Assembly (NCBI GenBank): GCA_964409615.1
Contig: CAYPDT010000001.1
Coordinates: 14,629 to 78,628, forward strand
Direction of reading: 5' to 3'
From: an uncultured Candidatus Saccharibacteria bacterium
GTDB lineage: Bacteria > Patescibacteriota > Saccharimonadia > Saccharimonadales > AWTP1-31
Length of the DNA stretch: 64,000 nt
Under the pieces are notes generated by a model. It saw only the letters and a program-made list of their open reading frames with translations. It was not told the DNA's origin and did not search any database. Of this stretch, positions 58,917-64,000 are shown in pieces. Every line of letters begins with the position of its first letter. Within the stretch, counting starts at the first letter, position 1. Position numbers and translations under genes: made by a program.

Positions 58917-58935
58917 ACAACTGAGCTAAACCCGC
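58859..58935 (-). tRNA. tRNA-Gly (anticodon GCC), CCA encoded
   Basis: Reverse complement: acceptor GCGGGUU/AACCCGC, anticodon arm CGUCC-UUGCCAA-GGACG, T arm ACGGG-UUAGAGU-CCCGU, discriminator A plus CCA. Confidence 0.88.
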
Positions 58936-58948
58936 ATAACAGGGGAAG

Positions 58949-58977
58949 ATTATATAGCAAAAATTGCTGTAACTCAA
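58949..58977 (-). promoter_or_regulatory. sigma70-type promoter for tRNA-Gly
   Basis: Minus strand reads TTGAGT, a 17-nt spacer, then TATAAT, with the -10 ending 13 nt before the tRNA 5' end. Same hexamers and spacing as the rpmF promoter. Confidence 0.55.
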
Positions 58978-58998
58978 GCTGTTGCTGGTAGTTTTTGT

Positions 58999-59781
58999 TT
59001 ACCAGTTCTTAGCGTCGTACTTGTGCTCGCTGTTATCTTGCGAAGATTGGCGCTGTTGTTGGCGTTTGGCCCGGATTTTGGCTGACTCAGCGGCAGCATT
59101 TTTGAGCTTCTGCTCTTGCGCCGGGTCGGGTTGATTTTGCTCACCAGTGTCTTTCTGTTGGTCTTCGGCTTTGTCACCGTTTCGAGCTTGCTTGGCTTGA
59201 TCTGACTTAGATTGTGCACGCTGCTCGGCTTGTTGCAACTTCTGTTTTGCCTGATTCTCTGGCTTGCTTCCACCACATTTTCCATCGGTGGCGAGCGTTT
59301 TGACTTCGTCGTAACGCACAATTGCTTCGTCGTATTTCTTTTCTGAAGCTAAGGCATCTGCTTGAGCTTCGATAGATAATGCTAAGTTGATGGTCATCTG
59401 GCAGTAGTATTTACTTGGGGCCAGCTCTTGGGCAGCCCTAAACTGGCTCTCGGCTTCCTTAAACTTACCCAGCTGGTAGTGGCTATCCCCCGTATTGAGG
59501 TGTAGTTTGTAGCTTTCGATCATGTTAGGGAACGTGAGTATCCGCAATGTGCGAGCGGCGCCGTTAAAGTCGTTCTTGAAGTACGATTTCAGCGCTTTGC
59601 CCGTAATGGCATTTGGCATTGTCAGCAAGAATCCACCAATAAAGATTACGATACTGGCAACCATGGTCTGTTTGAGTAACTTCTTGCGCCGTGCTAAACG
59701 AGTCTTGTCGGGCGTCAGCTTAGAAAGGTCGTACGGCCCGGTATTTTGTGGAGTATTGTTGGTGGTTATGTCGCTACCCAT
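58999..59781 (-). CDS. membrane-anchored TPR-like protein (BatC-like) with Q/K-rich tail
   Basis: One TM helix, TPR-like helices (YQLGKFKEAESQFRAAQELAP; KKYDEAIVRYDE), and last position in the MoxR/VWA operon. Confidence 0.55.
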   Translation of the reverse strand: MGSDITTNNTPQNTGPYDLSKLTPDKTRLARRKKLLKQTMVASIVIFIGGFLLTMPNAITGKALKSYFKNDFNGAARTLRILTFPNMIESYKLHLNTGDSHYQLGKFKEAESQFRAAQELAPSKYYCQMTINLALSIEAQADALASEKKYDEAIVRYDEVKTLATDGKCGGSKPENQAKQKLQQAEQRAQSKSDQAKQARNGDKAEDQQKDTGEQNQPDPAQEQKLKNAAAESAKIRAKRQQQRQSSQDNSEHKYDAKNW

Positions 59782-60787
59782 TACGAGTACCTGCTTGAAT
59801 TTCGGTTAGCATATCAAGGGTTCGTCGGGCATCTATCAGCAACAACAATCCAAATCCAAGTGCAAACACCCAGTAAATGTCGGTAGCAGTATCGGCGTTC
59901 TTAACTGAACGCTCTAAGTTTTGAGACTGGAAACTACTTACAATATTGCCTGTGTCATCTGGCTGATTGCGATGCTGATATTGCAAACCCATGTCTTTGG
60001 CAATGGTGCGCAAATTACCTTCGTCAATTTTAGAGATAGCCGTTCGGTCACCCGCATAGTCGGTGCTGGTGTAGTCTTTAATGTAGTCAACTTTTTCACC
60101 AGGGTCTAAGGTATAACCAACGTTCTCTTTCATTGGGCCACCTTGGTCGGTACCGTAACCCATAACCACCCCGCCTTGTACTAACGACCGTATAGCAGAG
60201 AATGACTTAGGCTTTTTGTCGGATGTTTGTTCGCCATCGCCAAAGTAAAACAATATCTGCACGCGACCTGGCTTGGCTTTAACATTCTGAGTAATCTGCT
60301 GCTTAATTGTGTCGAGTGGCTGGTCAATGCTTGTTCCGGCAGAATAGTAAGTTATTTCTTGTGTAGCCGTACCCATTGCTGACGCCACGGCATCGGTGTC
60401 GGTTGTGTATGGCAACAGCATGGTGGTCGCGCTATTGAAGCTTACAATCGAGAAACGAGCCCCAGCCAAGTTTTTGGTCAGGCTCTCTACATCTTTACGC
60501 ACTCCGTCGAGGCGAGGGTTCTTACCGTTGTAATCTTCGGCCACCATCGAGCTGGTTGTGTCTACTACATACAGTACATCAAAATTGGTAACGCCCTGTT
60601 GCGACACGCCGCCAGCAATTGCTGGGCGAAAAGCCATCAGGATTAGAAGCGCCACCATTCCGCCCCGGATGAGCCAACGTGGGCGTTTTACCTTGTTACT
60701 GCGCCAGTATACAAAGCCAACCAAGCCTAGTAACACCGCACCAACTGCCGCAAGAATCAGCGGATGAAAAATTGGTTTGAACATCAT
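59774..60787 (-). CDS. VWA domain protein (BatB-like)
   Basis: N-terminal TMs, MIDAS YVVDTTSSM, and a C-terminal TM. Confidence 0.8.
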   Translation of the reverse strand: MMFKPIFHPLILAAVGAVLLGLVGFVYWRSNKVKRPRWLIRGGMVALLILMAFRPAIAGGVSQQGVTNFDVLYVVDTTSSMVAEDYNGKNPRLDGVRKDVESLTKNLAGARFSIVSFNSATTMLLPYTTDTDAVASAMGTATQEITYYSAGTSIDQPLDTIKQQITQNVKAKPGRVQILFYFGDGEQTSDKKPKSFSAIRSLVQGGVVMGYGTDQGGPMKENVGYTLDPGEKVDYIKDYTSTDYAGDRTAISKIDEGNLRTIAKDMGLQYQHRNQPDDTGNIVSSFQSQNLERSVKNADTATDIYWVFALGFGLLLLIDARRTLDMLTEIQAGTRNG

Positions 60788-61782
60788 ATCTCTAGCCTCC
60801 AGTACAACAGCATAATCACGCCCAGTAACCCGACAATAACAACAATGTAGTAGCGAGGTTGGTCGTTAACAACTAGTGTAGGCTGGCCTTTAAAACGCGT
60901 TGCTTCTTGCTTAGTGATTTTCTCTATGATGCCCGGTACGGCAGAAGCGTCTTCGAACTTGTAATAGTCACCGCCCGTGGATAGCACTACTCGTTTGTAA
61001 TCTAGTGCGTTTTGATCCACAAAATAGTTAGTGCTGTAATCGCCCGGGTTAAGGCCGTACACCCGAATTTCATTCTTCTTGGCCAAAGCTCCAGCCTGCT
61101 TGAGGTCGACAATTGGGTTGCCATTCACGTAGTTATCGGTGGCCAGAATGATTGACCGCGAGCGCTTTGTATCCAGCTTGTCAAAGCGCAAGGCACACGA
61201 GGCCAGGCCGTCTCCAATGAGTGAAGAACCTTCACCTTCTGACACCCCGGAGTAAATATCGTAAGTGTCTTTGGAGTAATCTTCGTTAGTGTAAGCTTCT
61301 TTGGTTTTATTGAGCGTGTCGATAACGTAATCGTAATCGTCGGTTAACGGAAAGATGGTAGCCGCCGAGCTATCAAAAATAACTAGCCCAATGCGCTCAC
61401 CCTTGAAGCCCTCGGCAAGCTTGGCAAACACTTCGGTAACTTTGGCATCCACAGCCGTCATGGAGCCAGAGACATCCAAACAAAGCATTATGTCGCGGTT
61501 ACGCGCTTCGGGTTGCTCGGTGCTTTTACTCGCCGGACGCATACTTAACACAATAGTTACTAATAGAAGCAAGGCCGACAACGCAGCCAGGCCACGAACC
61601 AGCCAAGTATATCGCTTCATCGCTTTCTGGTAGGCTGGCAGTGCTTTTAGGTGCTTACTCTGAGCAACTGGCTTCTTGTGCTTTTTAGCCTGTGCTGCCC
61701 GACGGTAAAACAACACGTACCAACCACAAGCCAGGCCTATACCCACCCAGACTAGAATCATCCACCATGCTCTTAAGACCAT
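60784..61782 (-). CDS. VWA domain protein (BatA-like)
   Basis: N-terminal TMs, MIDAS LCLDVSGSM, and a C-terminal TM. Confidence 0.8.
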   Translation of the reverse strand: MVLRAWWMILVWVGIGLACGWYVLFYRRAAQAKKHKKPVAQSKHLKALPAYQKAMKRYTWLVRGLAALSALLLLVTIVLSMRPASKSTEQPEARNRDIMLCLDVSGSMTAVDAKVTEVFAKLAEGFKGERIGLVIFDSSAATIFPLTDDYDYVIDTLNKTKEAYTNEDYSKDTYDIYSGVSEGEGSSLIGDGLASCALRFDKLDTKRSRSIILATDNYVNGNPIVDLKQAGALAKKNEIRVYGLNPGDYSTNYFVDQNALDYKRVVLSTGGDYYKFEDASAVPGIIEKITKQEATRFKGQPTLVVNDQPRYYIVVIVGLLGVIMLLYWRLEI

Positions 61783-62249
61783 TCTTGTACCATCTTTCTA
61801 GCTATGCCAATGGCCGTGTCAACTTCAGCAGGATCGAGGGAAGAAAATTCAGGTGGATAATAATGCTCAATCACATTGCCCAGGTTATCAAGGCCAGCAC
61901 GCTTAATCTCGGCTAAGGTTAATCGATGCGTAGCAATACCGCGGGCCTCATGCACGAACAGTCTAACGGTAATACTTAACAGCTGATATGCCGTGCGGGC
62001 CGTAATTTCTTGTTGGTGATATTTAACCTCTATTTCGGTAATCAGTGCGAAGTACTTTTGCCGCAGTGTATCTAATGGGGGAGCCGCTGGTGGCAAGACC
62101 GGTAAAGTAGCCATCTTGCGCTGTTTCTTTTTGCGGGTGCTATAAAAAATCCAAGCATTAAAACCAACAACCAGTACCATCAGGGCAATACCAGCGCTCA
62201 GCCAACCGGCACCGTATTGCATTGGTTGTGTTAACTCACTATTTGGCAT
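61773..62249 (-). CDS. DUF4381-like small membrane protein
   Basis: A single TM then a helical domain, located between the DUF58 and VWA genes as in Bat-type operons. Confidence 0.5.
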   Translation of the reverse strand: MPNSELTQPMQYGAGWLSAGIALMVLVVGFNAWIFYSTRKKKQRKMATLPVLPPAAPPLDTLRQKYFALITEIEVKYHQQEITARTAYQLLSITVRLFVHEARGIATHRLTLAEIKRAGLDNLGNVIEHYYPPEFSSLDPAEVDTAIGIARKMVQEWS

Positions 62250-63123
62250 GGCGCTGCTTCTCTAGTAATAAAAATAGTTTAGGAATAACCTCTTGCTCGC
62301 TGGCGATGTGGACAGTATTGATGCCAAGACGCTGCAAGGTCTGTTGGTTGGCAGCTTTGCGACTCTGGTAACTGGTTTGTAACTCTGCTTGCAGGGCTTT
62401 ATTGCGTCGAATAAATTGTGGCAACAGCACCGGCTCTTCGATGTCGTAGATATCATCGTGTAGATGGTCTTTGTTAGTAGGGTCGTAATCTTCGATGTGA
62501 ATATACAGTACTTCATGCTGAGCTCGTAAGCGCCGTAAAAGTAATGCCTGGCTGTCGTCGATAACCTCACTGTCGGTAATTACTACCAGTATCATTTTGC
62601 GCTTGATATTGCGGGCGATATATTCCAGCACACGCCCACTGTTACTCTTGGCGCCATCTATTTTGGCTCGCTTATCAACGTACTGCAACATCTGCTCGAG
62701 GTCTGCATTGCGGCCAGATAGCGGAATGTAGTGTGCCCCTTCGTCATCGCCAGCTACCAAGGCTACAAGGTCACCGTGCTTCTGGGCGATATATCCCATA
62801 ACACCGGCCGTCATAATCGATACATCGGTTTTGTCTTCTTGGTTGGGGGTCATGGCTTTCATGGTTCGCCCGGTATTCACCACCAGCATAATATTGTGCT
62901 TACGAATTGCGACATAACGCCTAATAAGTGTTTGCCCACTACGAGCGGTGGCTTTCCAGTCGATGTCCTTAATATCATCGCCAACGATATACTCACGCAA
63001 ATCATCAAAGTCCATACTGCGCCCCTTAAATACCGAGCCGTACTCGCCTTCAAGTAAGCCACGCACCTTTTGGTGTGCGTAGATGGTCATCTTACCTTTA
63101 ACTTTTTTGAGCAAGCTAGCCAA
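62239..63123 (-). CDS. DUF58 domain protein
   Basis: DDLREYIVGDDIKDIDWKATARSG is the DUF58 hallmark. Follows the MoxR gene. Confidence 0.8.
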   Translation of the reverse strand: MASLLKKVKGKMTIYAHQKVRGLLEGEYGSVFKGRSMDFDDLREYIVGDDIKDIDWKATARSGQTLIRRYVAIRKHNIMLVVNTGRTMKAMTPNQEDKTDVSIMTAGVMGYIAQKHGDLVALVAGDDEGAHYIPLSGRNADLEQMLQYVDKRAKIDGAKSNSGRVLEYIARNIKRKMILVVITDSEVIDDSQALLLRRLRAQHEVLYIHIEDYDPTNKDHLHDDIYDIEEPVLLPQFIRRNKALQAELQTSYQSRKAANQQTLQRLGINTVHIASEQEVIPKLFLLLEKQRHAK

Positions 63124-63132
63124 TTGTATTAC

Positions 63133-64000
63133 CTACGGGGTTTGAATTGCACTAAAGAGTGCGTCGATAATAGTTTCTTGATGAACTTGGTCGGCAACGG
63201 CCTCGAAGTTGAGGATAATGCGGTGTCGTAATACGCTGTATCGTAATTGCTTTACATCTTCTGGAATCACGTAGCCACGACCATTCAATAGTGCTAAGGC
63301 ACGCGACACCTGCATAAAGGCTAAGCTGGCGCGCGGGCTAGCACCAAACTGCACATACTTCGCTTGGTCAGCTGGAATGAACTTCCCTGGCTCGCGCGTA
63401 GCAGCAACTAGCGACACAATATACTTCTTAATAGAATCATCCAGATAGATTTTGGCAACGCTATCTTGCATATACTTGACGTCTTCGAGCGTGACATTTT
63501 GTAGTGTCTTCAAAGCTTCTTGCGACAGCACGCCACCTTCGAAACGCTTCATGACTTCTAATTCTTCTTCGGCCGTTGGGTAGCCAATAATTTCCTTCAA
63601 CAAAAAGCGGTCCATCTGAGCTTCTGGTAGTACATATGTACCCTCTTCCTCGATTGGGTTTTGGGTTGCCAGTACCAGGAACGGACTTGGCAATGGATGT
63701 AATTTACCACCAATAGTTGTCTGGCGTTCTTGCATAGCCTCGAGCATGGCGCTTTGTGTCTTGGCGCTGGAACGGTTAATTTCATCGAGTAGTACGAAGT
63801 TAGCGTGCACTGGGCCGAGCTGAGTCTTGAAGGTAGCATTGGTGTAGTCGTAAATTTGCGTACCAATGATATCGCTTGGCAGCAAGTCTGGCGTACATTG
63901 AATTCGGTGGAATGTTCCCTGCACCACCGATGCTAAGGTTGCCGCTGCGGTGGTTTTGGCCAAACCCGGCACACTCTCTAGCAATACATGGCCACTGGTC
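63133..64000 (-). CDS. MoxR-family AAA+ ATPase (5' end beyond window)
   Basis: Frame is open to nt 64000 ([17 protein letters not shown] is Walker A). Walker [11 protein letters not shown]-terminal lid. Confidence 0.88.
   Translation of the reverse strand, partial: TSGHVLLESVPGLAKTTAAATLASVVQGTFHRIQCTPDLLPSDIIGTQIYDYTNATFKTQLGPVHANFVLLDEINRSSAKTQSAMLEAMQERQTTIGGKLHPLPSPFLVLATQNPIEEEGTYVLPEAQMDRFLLKEIIGYPTAEEELEVMKRFEGGVLSQEALKTLQNVTLEDVKYMQDSVAKIYLDDSIKKYIVSLVAATREPGKFIPADQAKYVQFGASPRASLAFMQVSRALALLNGRGYVIPEDVKQLRYSVLRHRIILNFEAVADQVHQETIIDALFSAIQTP

Overview
The window is dense and mostly minus-strand coded. It looks like a small-genome, Gram-positive-like bacterium, and a Patescibacteria/Saccharibacteria-type lineage is my inference only. 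1-35 kb is mainly housekeeping: ABC exporter, trmD, KH protein, rpsP, rnc, Nudix, nusB, rpmF, leuS, aminotransferase-ddl-murF, rarA, ligA, htpX-lemA, gdh, psd-pssA, glmS and ccdA-thioredoxin. Four tRNAs are present (Ala-GGC, Leu-UAA, Gly-GCC and an atypical Cys-GCA). 35-48 kb is accessory: a six-gene run of mostly unknown function, a Sau3AI-like endonuclease with a C5 methyltransferase, DUF1801/SGNH/DUF1428 genes, and a 606-aa chimeric surface-type protein. The most interesting part is 48.9-58.9 kb, an inferred ~10 kb integrative element in the 3' end of tRNA-Gly. TTGGTGC occurs at both junctions and a large serine recombinase ORF terminates inside the tRNA. A decayed older recombinase lies at its left edge. 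The element carries a 2013-aa ORF that fuses a ~1400-aa extracytoplasmic array (GLUG, NHL propeller, DUF285-like repeats, DUF11-like) to a histidine-kinase catalytic core with a displaced H-box. An XRE regulator and a HEPN-like (RNxxxH) protein follow it. 59-64 kb is a MoxR-DUF58-VWA-VWA-TPR (Bat-like) operon. Two genes below the ORF-track cutoff were found by eye: rpmF and an AbrB-type gene upstream of glmS. All calls rest on motifs read from the translations and no database search was possible.
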